From an uncultured Pseudobdellovibrionaceae bacterium (GTDB lineage: Bacteria; Pseudomonadota; Alphaproteobacteria; Micavibrionales; Micavibrionaceae): DNA of 63,920 nucleotides. The stretch lies in the NCBI GenBank assembly GCA_964368875.1, contig CAYJDG010000008.1, positions 1 through 63,920 of the forward strand, in the 5' to 3' direction. Position numbers and translations under genes: made by a program. Shown here piece by piece: positions 9,580 through 19,299 of the stretch. Numbering within the stretch: the first letter of the stretch is position 1; every line of letters begins with the position of its first letter. The notes below the pieces were generated by a model. It was given only the letters and a program-made list of their open reading frames with translations, did not search any database and was not told where the DNA came from.

Positions 9580-10727
9580 CTAAAATTTTTATCATTGCCG
9601 GTGAAGACTCCGGCGACCAATTGGGCGCTGCCGTGATGAAGGCTTTGCGCGAAAAACTTACGCGTGTCGAGTTCAGGGGCATCGGCGGTGACGCGATGAA
9701 GCGGGCCGGACTTGAAGGCAGCCTGTTTCCGATGAATGAGCTGTCGATCATGGGTCTGGTCGAAGTCGTGCCAAAAATCCCCAAGCTTTTAAACCGGATT
9801 ATTCAGACGGTAACGGCTGTCAAAGTTTTTAACCCTGATATCGTCCTGACCATTGATTCACCGGATTTCTGTTTTCGGGTGCAGCGGGAATTGCGCACGC
9901 AAAATTTGCGCACCAAGCAGATTCATTTTGTCGCCCCGACGGTGTGGGCGTGGCGGCCCGAGCGTGCTAAAAAGATTACCGACTTTCTGGATGGGTTGAT
10001 CTGCCTGTTTCCGTTCGAGCCGAAATATTTTGAAAATAAAACGATGAATGCCGTCGCGGTCGGCCATCCACTGATGAAGAGCGGCGCGGTCAAGGCCAAT
10101 GGCGGGTTGTTCCGTAAGGCCAACAAGATTGCAGACGACCAGAAGGTCATGGGATTGTTCTTCGGCAGTCGTAAAAGTGAATTCGACCGCTTGTCATCAG
10201 TCATCATTGGCACGGCCAAGAGCCTGAAAAACGACATTCCCGATCTGAAATTCGTGGTACCGACTTTGCCGCGGCTGCGCGAGCAGATCATCAAACTTCT
10301 GGCCGATGAAGGGATTGAAGGGATTGTCGTTTCCGACCCGGATCAGAAATGGCACGCGATTGCGGCGTGTGACGCAGCACTCGCGGTATCTGGAACGGTT
10401 GCCCTGGAGATTGCGATTGTCGGTGTGCCGCATGCGATCCTGTACCGCATGAGCCCGGTCACCTGGCAGATCGTGAGGCGTATGGTAACGACCAAGCACG
10501 CGCATCTGGTCAACGTCATTCTGGAGCAAGCGATGATCCCGGAATTCATTCAGGATGACGCAACCGTCGATAAAATTCTGCCGATGATGCGCACTCTGCT
10601 GACAGATACCTCAGAGCAGAGCGTACAAAAAATTGCTTTTGAGAAAGTCCGCTCGGTTTTGCAGCCTGATCCAACCAAGAGCCCGGCTGATGAGGCCGCA
10701 GCTTTTATTGAGACATTCCTGACATAA
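9576..10727 (+). CDS. lpxB: Lipid-A-disaccharide synthase
   Basis: 383 aa. N-terminus KIFIIAGEDSGDQLGA and overall LpxB-like sequence. Confidence 0.95.
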   Translation: MTKIFIIAGEDSGDQLGAAVMKALREKLTRVEFRGIGGDAMKRAGLEGSLFPMNELSIMGLVEVVPKIPKLLNRIIQTVTAVKVFNPDIVLTIDSPDFCFRVQRELRTQNLRTKQIHFVAPTVWAWRPERAKKITDFLDGLICLFPFEPKYFENKTMNAVAVGHPLMKSGAVKANGGLFRKANKIADDQKVMGLFFGSRKSEFDRLSSVIIGTAKSLKNDIPDLKFVVPTLPRLREQIIKLLADEGIEGIVVSDPDQKWHAIAACDAALAVSGTVALEIAIVGVPHAILYRMSPVTWQIVRRMVTTKHAHLVNVILEQAMIPEFIQDDATVDKILPMMRTLLTDTSEQSVQKIAFEKVRSVLQPDPTKSPADEAAAFIETFLT

Positions 10728-10756
10728 AAAAAGGCGCCCGGAGGCGCCTTTTTCTT
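10728..10756. terminator. Bidirectional rho-independent terminator between convergent lpxB and gltA
   Basis: AAAAAAGGCGCC-CGGA-GGCGCCTTTTTC: a perfect GC-rich stem flanked by an A-run and a T-run, sitting between the two stop codons. Confidence 0.8.
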
Positions 10757-10762
10757 GAATGA

Positions 10763-12073
10763 CTAGCGTTTGTCGATCGCCACATAATCGCGGGGCGCTG
10801 CACCAGTGTAGAGCTGGCGTGGACGACCGATGCGGTTGGCGGGCTCTTCCATCATTTCTTTCCACTGGGAGACCCAGCCGACAGTCCGGGCGACGGCAAA
10901 CAGCACGGTAAACATGCTGACCGGGAAGCCCATGGCCTTGAGAATGATGCCAGAATAGAAATCGACGTTCGGGTAGAGTTTGCGTTCGATAAAGTACGGA
11001 TCGCTGAGCGCAATGCGTTCGAGTTCGATAGCGATAGGCAGAAGCGGATCGGTGACTTTAAGTTCACCAAGTACCTTGTCACAGGCTTCTTTCATCACGG
11101 TCGCGCGTGGATCGAAGTTTTTATAGACGCGGTGACCAAAGCCCATCAGTTTATATTTTTTGCTTTTCACGCCTTCGATAAATTCAGGAATTTTATCGAC
11201 GCTGCCGATTTCGGCGAGCATTTCAAGAACCGCCTGGTTGGCACCACCATGGGCAGGGCCCCACAGTGAAGCAATCCCTGCGGCGATACAGGCGAACGGG
11301 TTGGCCTGTGACGAGCCAGCGAGGCGGACCGTCGAGGTCGATGCGTTCTGTTCATGATCGGCGTGCAGGACGAGGATTTTATCCATCGCATCGGCCAGGA
11401 TCGGATTGACCTTGTATGGCTCTGCCGGAACGGCGAAGCACATGTGCAGGAAGTTTTCAGCAAAACCAAGATCGTTTCGCGGATAGACAAACGGCTGACC
11501 GACTGAATATTTGTAGGCCATGGCAGCCAGTGTCGGCAGCTTGGCGATCAGACGGTGCGCCGAAATTTCGCGCTGTTTCGGGTCGGAGATATCGAGAGAG
11601 TCGTGATAGAACGCTGCGAGCGCGCCGACCACGCCGCACATGACGGCCATCGGGTGTGCATCGCGACGGAAACCACGGAAGAAGAACTGCAGCTGTTCAT
11701 GTACCATCGTGTGATAGGTGATGTGCTTGCGGAAATCATCGTACTGGGTCTTGTCCGGCAGATCACCATAGAGCAGGGCGTAGGCCACTTCGAGATAGTT
11801 GCTGTTCTCGGCAAGCTGTTTGATGTCATAGCCGCGATGGAGAAGGATGCCTTTGTCGCCATCGATATAGGTGATGCGCGATTTACAGCTGGCGGTCGAC
11901 GTAAAGGCAGGGTCGAGGGTGAAGTGATCGGTTTGTTCGTAGAGTGGGCGTATATCGATGACGCTCGGGCCGACCGTTCCATCAATCACCGGCAGGGTCC
12001 AGGATTCCTTGGACTGATCATTGGTGAGGGTAAAGGTTTTGCCAGATGGGATTTCAGACGGGTCAGCAGCCAT
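10763..12073 (-). CDS. gltA: Citrate synthase
   Basis: Type II citrate synthase sequence ([24 protein letters not shown]). The ATG at 12073 is preceded by AAGGAAA; the ORF-track start at 12109 is probably too far upstream. Confidence 0.95.
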   Translation of the reverse strand: MAADPSEIPSGKTFTLTNDQSKESWTLPVIDGTVGPSVIDIRPLYEQTDHFTLDPAFTSTASCKSRITYIDGDKGILLHRGYDIKQLAENSNYLEVAYALLYGDLPDKTQYDDFRKHITYHTMVHEQLQFFFRGFRRDAHPMAVMCGVVGALAAFYHDSLDISDPKQREISAHRLIAKLPTLAAMAYKYSVGQPFVYPRNDLGFAENFLHMCFAVPAEPYKVNPILADAMDKILVLHADHEQNASTSTVRLAGSSQANPFACIAAGIASLWGPAHGGANQAVLEMLAEIGSVDKIPEFIEGVKSKKYKLMGFGHRVYKNFDPRATVMKEACDKVLGELKVTDPLLPIAIELERIALSDPYFIERKLYPNVDFYSGIILKAMGFPVSMFTVLFAVARTVGWVSQWKEMMEEPANRIGRPRQLYTGAAPRDYVAIDKR

Positions 12074-12202
12074 AACGATTTTCCTTGATGTACTTGATGA
12101 GAAAAACAAAAGAGGACGTCAGAGTAACGTTCGAAAGCTTAATATTGTGCTAAGCACTATAGACCTAAATCCAATCAGGGCAAAATCAGTAATGATTATA
12201 GG

Positions 12203-12577
12203 TTATGTAATCTGACGGCTGCGGATCGGAGGATCGTCGGGATTTGCCTTATGCTGAGAGTTGGCCAGTTTCAGCAAAGAGATGCCGTTGCCAATAAACG
12301 AGCGGATCAGGTTGATGATCAGGCCAAGTCCCATGATCGTAATCACGACACTGGCAATCGAAATGGTCGATTCCGGGAGGACGATCGTAAACGCTTTGCC
12401 ATCCATGGTGCCATTCATGGTGCGGTCGACCTCTTTCAGGGTGTCGCGCAAATACGTGAAAAGGCGGACCTGATCCGGAGAATTAAAAAACAGTTCAAGC
12501 TGACGATATACCCAACCAAGTGTCGCAATACCGAGACCGATCAAACCCAGGCCTAGAACTACATAAAGACGGGTCAT
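12203..12577 (-). CDS. Hypothetical small membrane protein
   Basis: 124 aa with two hydrophobic segments. The start overlaps the gltX stop by 4 nt, suggesting cotranscription between gltX and gltA. Confidence 0.5.
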   Translation of the reverse strand: MTRLYVVLGLGLIGLGIATLGWVYRQLELFFNSPDQVRLFTYLRDTLKEVDRTMNGTMDGKAFTIVLPESTISIASVVITIMGLGLIINLIRSFIGNGISLLKLANSQHKANPDDPPIRSRQIT

Positions 12578-13977
12578 GCGGCCTCCTGAGCGCGTTGCAA
12601 ACGGGCGAGAACTTCAGGCAAACCGAGTACTTCGGCGGCGTGAGGCACTGAGGGCGAGACCGCCTTGCCAGTGAGGGCTGCGCGGAATGGCATCATGACT
12701 TTGCCAAGCTTGCCGCCACGCTCTGCATCCGCAATCGCACGGCAGGCAGCCTCGATGCTGGCGGAATCAAAGGTGGAGAGTTTACCGAGATCATTGGCGA
12801 TGGTGGCAAGAATGGCTTTGCCATCGGCATCGAGGTTGGCTTTGGCCTTGTCCTCAAAACTCGTTGGAGCGACGACAAGAAATTCTGTTTCTTCAACGCC
12901 CTGGACGAGAGTTTTCATGCGATTCTTTAATTCATCCATGAGTCCCAGAATGCGGTTTTTAGCGACATCCGAAACAGTCAGCCCGCGCTTCTCATAGAGA
13001 GGGACCATCAAGTCGAGGAGGCGGGTCTTATCTGCCTCTTTGATATAATGGGCGTTGATGAAGTTCAGTTTGTCGAAATCAAAGCGGGCCGCGGCCTGTC
13101 CGATGCCGGGAAGATCGAACCATTCGATGGCCTGCTCGGTGGAGAAGATTTCATCGTCGCCATGCGCCCACCCGAGACGGGTGAGGTAATTGCGCATCGC
13201 TTCGGGCAGATAGCCCATATCGCGATATTCTTCGACACTGGTCGCACCGTGACGTTTGGATAATTTCGCGCCATCAGGGCCGAGGATCAGCGGGAGGTGC
13301 GCATACACCGGAATGTCCCAACCCATCGCTTCATAAACCATATTCTGACGGTGGGTATTATTGAGGTGGTCGTCACCACGGATGACGTGGGTCACGCCCA
13401 TGTCATGATCATCGACCACCACGGCCAGCATATATGTCGGCACGCCGTCGGAGCGCAGGATGATCATGTCGTCTAGCTGTTCGGCATTAACGGTAACGTC
13501 GCCCTGCACTTTGTCATGCACGGTGCGCGTGCCTTCTAAAGGAGCTTTGATACGGATGACAGGTTTGATGCCCGCAGGCGGTGTTTCTTTTGAATCACGC
13601 CAACGGCGGTCATAGAACTGGGCGCGGCCTTCGGCTTTGGCCTTTTCGCGCATCGCGTCGAGTTCTTCAGGGGTGCAGTAGCAGTAATAGGCCTGACCTT
13701 TGGCGACCAGTTCCCATGCAACAGCCGCGTGACGGCCGCGCCGTTCATATTGCGACATCGGTGGGCCGCCGTCCCAGTCGATACCGAGCCAGTTCAGGCC
13801 GTTGATGATGGCATCGACATGTCTGGGATCATAGCGTTCCCGGTCTGTGTCTTCGATGCGGAATAACATTTTGCCGCCGGCATGGCGGGCGTACAGCCAG
13901 TTGAACAGGGCTGTGCGGGCGGTGCCGATATGCATAAACCCTGTGGGCGAGGGCGGAAAGCGGGTGACAATACTCAT
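12574..13977 (-). CDS. gltX: Glutamate--tRNA ligase
   Basis: HIGH motif (PTGFMHIGTARTA) and KLSKR (KMSKS-type) motif. The ATG at 13977 (MSIVTRFPPSPTG) is preferred to the ORF-track start at 14013. Confidence 0.95.
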   Translation of the reverse strand: MSIVTRFPPSPTGFMHIGTARTALFNWLYARHAGGKMLFRIEDTDRERYDPRHVDAIINGLNWLGIDWDGGPPMSQYERRGRHAAVAWELVAKGQAYYCYCTPEELDAMREKAKAEGRAQFYDRRWRDSKETPPAGIKPVIRIKAPLEGTRTVHDKVQGDVTVNAEQLDDMIILRSDGVPTYMLAVVVDDHDMGVTHVIRGDDHLNNTHRQNMVYEAMGWDIPVYAHLPLILGPDGAKLSKRHGATSVEEYRDMGYLPEAMRNYLTRLGWAHGDDEIFSTEQAIEWFDLPGIGQAAARFDFDKLNFINAHYIKEADKTRLLDLMVPLYEKRGLTVSDVAKNRILGLMDELKNRMKTLVQGVEETEFLVVAPTSFEDKAKANLDADGKAILATIANDLGKLSTFDSASIEAACRAIADAERGGKLGKVMMPFRAALTGKAVSPSVPHAAEVLGLPEVLARLQRAQEAA

Positions 13978-14013
13978 AAGAAATTGAATATTGGAGTTCA
14001 CGGGGGCAGGCAA

Positions 14014-16200
14014 GTGCTATTCACCAAAGACCGGATTCAGGACACGATTTTAAACGTTTTGGTGCAGCAACGCGCCAATCTGATCCTGTGGATTCCGGTC
14101 TGTCTGGCCATCGGGTCATGCCTTTACTTTGCTCTTGGGCAGGAGCCTCTGTTCGCCCTGACCGGGGCCGGGTTTGCATTCGTCACGGTGCTGATGGCAG
14201 CGATGACGTGGGTGATGTTCAGGGCGGATGATCCCAACAAATATTATCTGCTGCTGATTGCAGTATCGGCACTCTTCTGGACCGGGGCCGGGTTTACTGT
14301 CGCACAACTTCACACACGCATGGTCCATACACCCATGGTCGCTAGCGAAAGCAAAGTTGCCATGGTCACGGGCCGGATCGTGCAGATGGACAAGCAGGAA
14401 GGGCGAAGCGGCTGGATCGTCGTGCTTGATCATTTGACCATCGAGCGGTGGGAACCCGCGACCACACCGCGCAAAATTCGCCTGACCATCCGCAAATCGG
14501 ACAAGCCGTTTGTGCTGGGTGACACGATCCGGGTGCTGAGCAAACTGCATGCCACATCGGCCCCGGCGATGCCGGGAGCATTTGATTTTCAGAGGTTTTA
14601 TTACTTTCAGGGGATTGGAGCTCTTGGGTTCTCACTTAAACCGCCGGAGGTCCTGGCAAAAAGTATCGTCGATGATCCGCTGTTCTTTCTGGAGCGTTTA
14701 CGCAGCAGGATCGCGCTGCAGATTGCAGACGTTGTTCCGGAGCGTGAAGCGGGAATTGCGACTGCGCTGATGACCGGGGAGCGGGCGGCGATTTCGGAAG
14801 AAGACTGGACGGCGCTGAGGAATTCGGGGCTGGCGCATATTATTTCCATTTCGGGGCTGCATGTCGCGCTTGTCGCCGCGCCGGTTTTCTTTGTCATCCG
14901 GCTGTTACTCGCGGCGGTTCCGTTTATCGCGCTGCGGTGGCCGATCAAGAAAATCGCGGCGTGTGCGGCACTGATTGTGTGCTGTGCGTATGTGGCAATT
15001 GTGGTGCCGAACGTACCAACCTTCCGCGCACTGCTGATGACGGGGATTGGGTTGATTGCGATTATGCTGGATCGGTCGCCGTTTTCGCTGCGCCTTGTGG
15101 CGCTTGCGGCGGCGGTCGTTCTGTTGTTTTCGCCGGACAGTGTGTGGAGCGCGAGCTTTCAGATGTCGTTTGCGGCGGTCACGGCACTGGTTGCGGTCGC
15201 GGATTTGATGCGGCCTTACTGGAGTTCCTATATCCGTAATGGTGGATGGGGGCGGAAAGTTATTGTTTATTTCGCCGGGGCAATTCTGACGACACTGGTC
15301 GCCTCGCTTGCGACCAATCCGCTCTCGAGCTTTCATTTTCAGCAGATCGCGTCCTATAGCGTTATTGCCAATACGCTCGCCATTCCGCTGACCGGGCTGA
15401 TCATCATGCCGATGCTGGTGCTGTCGTTCCTGCTGATGCCGTTTGGGCTTGCGGATTTCTGTCTGCAACTGATGGGGCAGGGGATTACGTGGATGCTGGA
15501 TGTCGCGACATGGACCGCCAGCCTGCCGGGGGCGGTCATTCACACTCCGGCATGGCCGCAGAGTGCGCTGATCCTGTTTGCTCTGGCCGGATTATGCCTG
15601 ATTTTGCTGGTCGGGCGCAGCCGGTGGGTCTGTGCGCCGCTGACGCTTGCAGGAATTCTCGTGATCGCGTTTGCGCCGCAGACGGCGGTGCTGATCAATG
15701 CATCGGGCAAACTTATCATGGTGAGCGGCGAGGAGCAGGCGTACGTAACATCCAAACGCCGCGAGAAATTTACGCTCGAGACATGGCAGAAGCGCATGGA
15801 TGTCGGCTCCGATCAGGTCGTGGCGTGGCCGAAGGAAGGCAAGACGTCAGTTGGTCCCGTGAATGTGAACTGTGATGCCGAGGTCTGCCGCATCACCGTG
15901 CCACAGCTCAAGATCAGCACCGGGCAGAATCTTTATGCGTTGCAGGCGGAATGCAACTGGGCCGATATCATGATCGTGCCAGGGAAGAAGATGAAACGCT
16001 GCGGCAAGGCGGTTGTCTATGACGTGTGGAAACTGCGCGAAAGCGGCGCGATTGCGATTACCGAGAGTGGAAAAATTCGCACTGTCCGGGAAGACCAAGG
16101 CAACAGGCCATGGTCGACGTGGCCGAAGCTTTATGTGCCTAGTGATAAGACCGGATCAACGATGACAACTCGCCCTGAATCTCAACGCGGTCGGCGGTGA
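14014..16200 (+). CDS. comEC: ComEC/Rec2 family competence membrane protein
   Basis: Polytopic membrane protein with ComEC core motifs (GLAHIISISGLHV). The ORF-track start at 13882 lies antisense inside gltX; GTG 14014 is a plausible start but uncertain. The 3' end overlaps lexA convergently by 62 nt. Confidence 0.8.
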   Translation: MLFTKDRIQDTILNVLVQQRANLILWIPVCLAIGSCLYFALGQEPLFALTGAGFAFVTVLMAAMTWVMFRADDPNKYYLLLIAVSALFWTGAGFTVAQLHTRMVHTPMVASESKVAMVTGRIVQMDKQEGRSGWIVVLDHLTIERWEPATTPRKIRLTIRKSDKPFVLGDTIRVLSKLHATSAPAMPGAFDFQRFYYFQGIGALGFSLKPPEVLAKSIVDDPLFFLERLRSRIALQIADVVPEREAGIATALMTGERAAISEEDWTALRNSGLAHIISISGLHVALVAAPVFFVIRLLLAAVPFIALRWPIKKIAACAALIVCCAYVAIVVPNVPTFRALLMTGIGLIAIMLDRSPFSLRLVALAAAVVLLFSPDSVWSASFQMSFAAVTALVAVADLMRPYWSSYIRNGGWGRKVIVYFAGAILTTLVASLATNPLSSFHFQQIASYSVIANTLAIPLTGLIIMPMLVLSFLLMPFGLADFCLQLMGQGITWMLDVATWTASLPGAVIHTPAWPQSALILFALAGLCLILLVGRSRWVCAPLTLAGILVIAFAPQTAVLINASGKLIMVSGEEQAYVTSKRREKFTLETWQKRMDVGSDQVVAWPKEGKTSVGPVNVNCDAEVCRITVPQLKISTGQNLYALQAECNWADIMIVPGKKMKRCGKAVVYDVWKLRESGAIAITESGKIRTVREDQGNRPWSTWPKLYVPSDKTGSTMTTRPESQRGRR

Positions 16201-16801
16201 GGACGCGGGGTTTGTAGGCGTCGTTTTCAGGCTCCAGAATAACTTTTCCGGCTTCGCGGCGTAGACGTTTGAGCGTGACTTCCTGACCATCGACGAGGGC
16301 GACGATGATTTTACCATCTGAGGCGCGATCGGTTTTGCGGATGATAACGATATCGTCGTCATTGATCCCGGCTTTGATCATTGAATCCCCGTCAACGCGC
16401 AGTGCATAGTATTCACCCTTGCCGAGCATGGCGGCGGGTACGTCAAAGAAATCACCTTCATGGCGGATGGCTTCGATGGGCGTACCAGCGGCGATTTTCC
16501 CAAGGAGCGGCAACTGCATCAGATCGCTGACGGCGTTGACCACAGTTTCCTTGAGAGTGTTCTTCGGCTTAGCGGGCGTTTGATAGCCTTCCGGGAGGCG
16601 CGTCACTTCGAGGGCGCGGGCACGGTTGGGGAGGCGTTGCAGGTAGCCGCGTTCCACAAGTCCAGTGATCAGGCGGTGAATGCCGGATTTGGATTTAAGG
16701 TCGAGGGCGTCTTTCATCTCATCGAATGACGGGGCGATGTCGCCTTGAGTCATGCGTTCATGGATAAAGAGGAGCAAATCGCGTTGTTTTTGTGTGAGCA
16801 T
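16139..16801 (-). CDS. lexA: LexA repressor
   Basis: 220 aa. N-terminal winged HTH (LTQKQRDLLLFI) and C-terminal S24 peptidase with GDSM and a later Lys. Confidence 0.95.
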   Translation of the reverse strand: MLTQKQRDLLLFIHERMTQGDIAPSFDEMKDALDLKSKSGIHRLITGLVERGYLQRLPNRARALEVTRLPEGYQTPAKPKNTLKETVVNAVSDLMQLPLLGKIAAGTPIEAIRHEGDFFDVPAAMLGKGEYYALRVDGDSMIKAGINDDDIVIIRKTDRASDGKIIVALVDGQEVTLKRLRREAGKVILEPENDAYKPRVLTADRVEIQGELSSLIRSYH

Positions 16802-16818
16802 ACGGAAAATCCTGTTTT

Positions 16819-16844
16819 ATTCCTGCTTCGTTCTTCTTTTGTTT
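16819..16844 (-). promoter_or_regulatory. Candidate alphaproteobacterial SOS-box-like direct repeats upstream of lexA
   Basis: The minus strand reads AAAC-N7-GAAC-N7-GAAT, an 11-bp phased array resembling the GAAC-N7-GAAC LexA box of alphaproteobacteria. Only the central tetramer is perfect. Confidence 0.35.
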
Positions 16845-16858
16845 TACGCCGATTCTGG

Positions 16859-17647
16859 CTACTTGCCAAGAAGATTCTCAACAGCTTTTCCGATGTCATA
16901 TTCGCGCATGAGGCTTTCGCCGACCAGGAAGGCGTCAAATCCGGCCTTATGCAGGGCTTTCAGGTCCTCATGACCACCAATGCCGCTCTCTGCGACACGG
17001 ATGATCGAGGGCGGAATTTCGAGGACGAGTTCAAACGCGGTGGCAAGATTGACTTCAAGTGTTTTGAGGCTGCGCGAGTTCACGCCGATCATGCGCGGAA
17101 ATAAATTCATGGCGCGGTCGAGTTCGGCGCGGTCGTGGACTTCATAAAGAATATCCATGCCGAGATCAGTGGCACGCAGCGAGAGTTCGCGCGCAGCCGT
17201 ATCATCAAGCGCGGCCATGATCAGGAGAATACAGTCGGCTCCGAGGGCGCGGCTCTCCGTGATCTGATAGGGCGTGAGCATGAAGTCCTTGCGGATCGCC
17301 GGGAGACTGACCACGGCGCGGGCCGCTTCGAAATCTTCGTCTTTGCCTTTGAAATAAGGCTGATCGGTGAGAACGGAGAGGCAGGTCGCACCTGATTTCT
17401 CATAGATACGGGCGATGCGCTGCGGATCGAAGTCGGCGCGAATGATGCCCTTGCTAGGTGAGGCTTTTTTGATTTCAGCGATCAGCGCCGGTTCTTTTTT
17501 CTTTTTCTTGGCTTCGATGGCGGCGCAGAAGCCGCGCGGCGCTTCCTGCACCTTCAGCCGTTCCTGAAAAATGATTTCAGGAATGAGGTGCTGGTTACGT
17601 TCGACGTAATCCATTTTGTCGAGGCAGATTTGCTTCAGAACACTCAT
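16859..17647 (-). CDS. trpC: Indole-3-glycerol phosphate synthase
   Basis: 262 aa; LIAEIKKASPSKG and a TIM-barrel TrpC sequence. Confidence 0.95.
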   Translation of the reverse strand: MSVLKQICLDKMDYVERNQHLIPEIIFQERLKVQEAPRGFCAAIEAKKKKKEPALIAEIKKASPSKGIIRADFDPQRIARIYEKSGATCLSVLTDQPYFKGKDEDFEAARAVVSLPAIRKDFMLTPYQITESRALGADCILLIMAALDDTAARELSLRATDLGMDILYEVHDRAELDRAMNLFPRMIGVNSRSLKTLEVNLATAFELVLEIPPSIIRVAESGIGGHEDLKALHKAGFDAFLVGESLMREYDIGKAVENLLGK

Positions 17648-18657
17648 TACTGGCCTTGTGTAAATGCGATGTATTGATTGAGTAAGGTGAGAGCTTTGCC
17701 ATCATCAATCGCTTTGGCGGCAAGCGCAACCCCTGCCTTCAGATCAGGCGCGGCAGTGGCAATCACGAGAGCGGCTGCGGCATTAGCCAGAACAATATCA
17801 CGGTACGCCGATTTGGTGCCTTCGAGCAGATGTTTGAGCGCGGCGGCATTCTCAAAAGCGGCTCCGCCACGAATGTCCTTGGCATTGATAGCGGGCAAAC
17901 CGAAATCATCCGGTTTAAGGGTGCGTTCGCTGATACGCCCGGCTTCAAGGATAGCGCAATAGGTTTCGCCCGTAAGCGTGATTTCATCGAGACCGTCCGA
18001 GCCATGAACGACCCACGCGCGTTCAGTGCCGAGTTCGCGTAGAACGTTGGCGATCGGCAAAACCCATTTGCGGTCGAAGACACCGACGAGCTGGCGCTTG
18101 GTGCCGGCAGGATTGGCGAGTGGACCCATAAGATTGAACAGCGTGCGCACACCAAGTTCCTTGCGGATGCTGGCGAGAGGTTTCAACGCCTGATGGTGAT
18201 GCGGGGCCATGAGGAAACAGAAATTGAGATCCGTGAGCGCGGCTTCGCAGATGCCCGGTGCAATATCGAGATTGACCCCCAAGGCTTCCAGCACATCGGC
18301 GGCTCCGGATTTGGAGCTGGCGGCGCGGTTGCCATGTTTGGCGACAGGCACGCCGCAGGCCGCAACGACGATGGCGACGGCGGTTGAAATATTGAGTGTA
18401 TTGCTGTGATCGCCGCCTGTGCCGCAGCAATCAACGGCATTCTCTGGGGCGGCAATCGTGACCGCCATCTGGCGCAGGATACGGGCGGAGCCGATCAGCT
18501 CATCGACGGTTTCTCCGCGTACCGCAAGACCCATAAGATAGGCCCCGATCTGGGCCGGGGTGGCGCTGCCGGAAATCATATCGAGCAGTGACTGCGCCGC
18601 GTCTTCCTGAGTCAGCGTTTCGCCGGTGCGGATTTTTTTGAGAAGGTCGTCAATCAT
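17647..18657 (-). CDS. trpD: Anthranilate phosphoribosyltransferase
   Basis: 336 aa; CCGTGGD...NISTA motif typical of TrpD. Confidence 0.95.
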   Translation of the reverse strand: MIDDLLKKIRTGETLTQEDAAQSLLDMISGSATPAQIGAYLMGLAVRGETVDELIGSARILRQMAVTIAAPENAVDCCGTGGDHSNTLNISTAVAIVVAACGVPVAKHGNRAASSKSGAADVLEALGVNLDIAPGICEAALTDLNFCFLMAPHHHQALKPLASIRKELGVRTLFNLMGPLANPAGTKRQLVGVFDRKWVLPIANVLRELGTERAWVVHGSDGLDEITLTGETYCAILEAGRISERTLKPDDFGLPAINAKDIRGGAAFENAAALKHLLEGTKSAYRDIVLANAAAALVIATAAPDLKAGVALAAKAIDDGKALTLLNQYIAFTQGQ

Positions 18658-18658
18658 A

Positions 18659-19234
18659 TCAATTCAGCAGGCTGACAAAGTTTTTGAGCAACGCATGGCC
18701 GTGACCCGTGGCGATGCTTTCGGGGTGGAATTGCACGCCGTGAATGGGTTTGGTCCTGTGTTGCAAGCCCATGATCATGCCATCATCACTTTGTGCGGTT
18801 ACCTCAAGGCAGGTGGGCAGTGTGGCGCGTTCAACCAAAAGCGAGTGATAGCGCGTGACCGGGTAGGGTGTTGGCAGTCCTGCAAATATACCCTGACCAT
18901 CATGCGTGATTTGTGAAACTTTGCCATGCATCGGAACGGGGCCGCGAATGACCTTCCCGCCGAAGGCTTCGCCGATGGCCTGATGACCGAGGCAGACACC
19001 AAGCAGCGGAATATCTTTTTCGCCAGCCGCGCGGATCAGGTCGAGGCAGATCCCGGCATGGGCCGGGTCGCTCGGGCCGGGGGAAATGACGATCCCGGCG
19101 GCATCAATTTTAAGGGCTTCTTCGACGCTCAAGGAATCGTTGCGGCGGACATCGCAGGTCACGCCCAGATCACCGAAATACTGGACGAGATTATAGGTAA
19201 AGCTGTCATAATTATCGATCAGGACGACTTTCAT
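18659..19234 (-). CDS. trpG: Anthranilate synthase component II (glutamine amidotransferase)
   Basis: 191 aa class I GATase; GVCLGHQ active site and HGVQFHPES. Confidence 0.9.
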   Translation of the reverse strand: MKVVLIDNYDSFTYNLVQYFGDLGVTCDVRRNDSLSVEEALKIDAAGIVISPGPSDPAHAGICLDLIRAAGEKDIPLLGVCLGHQAIGEAFGGKVIRGPVPMHGKVSQITHDGQGIFAGLPTPYPVTRYHSLLVERATLPTCLEVTAQSDDGMIMGLQHRTKPIHGVQFHPESIATGHGHALLKNFVSLLN

Positions 19235-19299
19235 GTCTTTGTTATCCCCGGAACATCTGCCCTTGGCAAGTTATTTGATAGACCTTACATATAGGGGCC

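Noticed and set aside
13882-14013. N-terminal 44 codons of the comEC ORF as given in the ORF track, and similarly 3000-3059 for bamA, 12074-12109 for gltA, 13978-14013 for gltX and 58818-58877 for fdxA
   Set aside because: These extensions overlap a neighbouring gene or precede an obvious signal peptide or conserved N-terminus. Internal starts fit homologue N-termini and ribosome-binding sites better.
16139-16200. 62-nt convergent overlap of comEC and lexA as a regulatory antisense arrangement
   Set aside because: The comEC tail in the overlap (TGSTMTTRPESQRGRR) looks like a non-conserved run-on to the next stop codon. There is no independent evidence for function.
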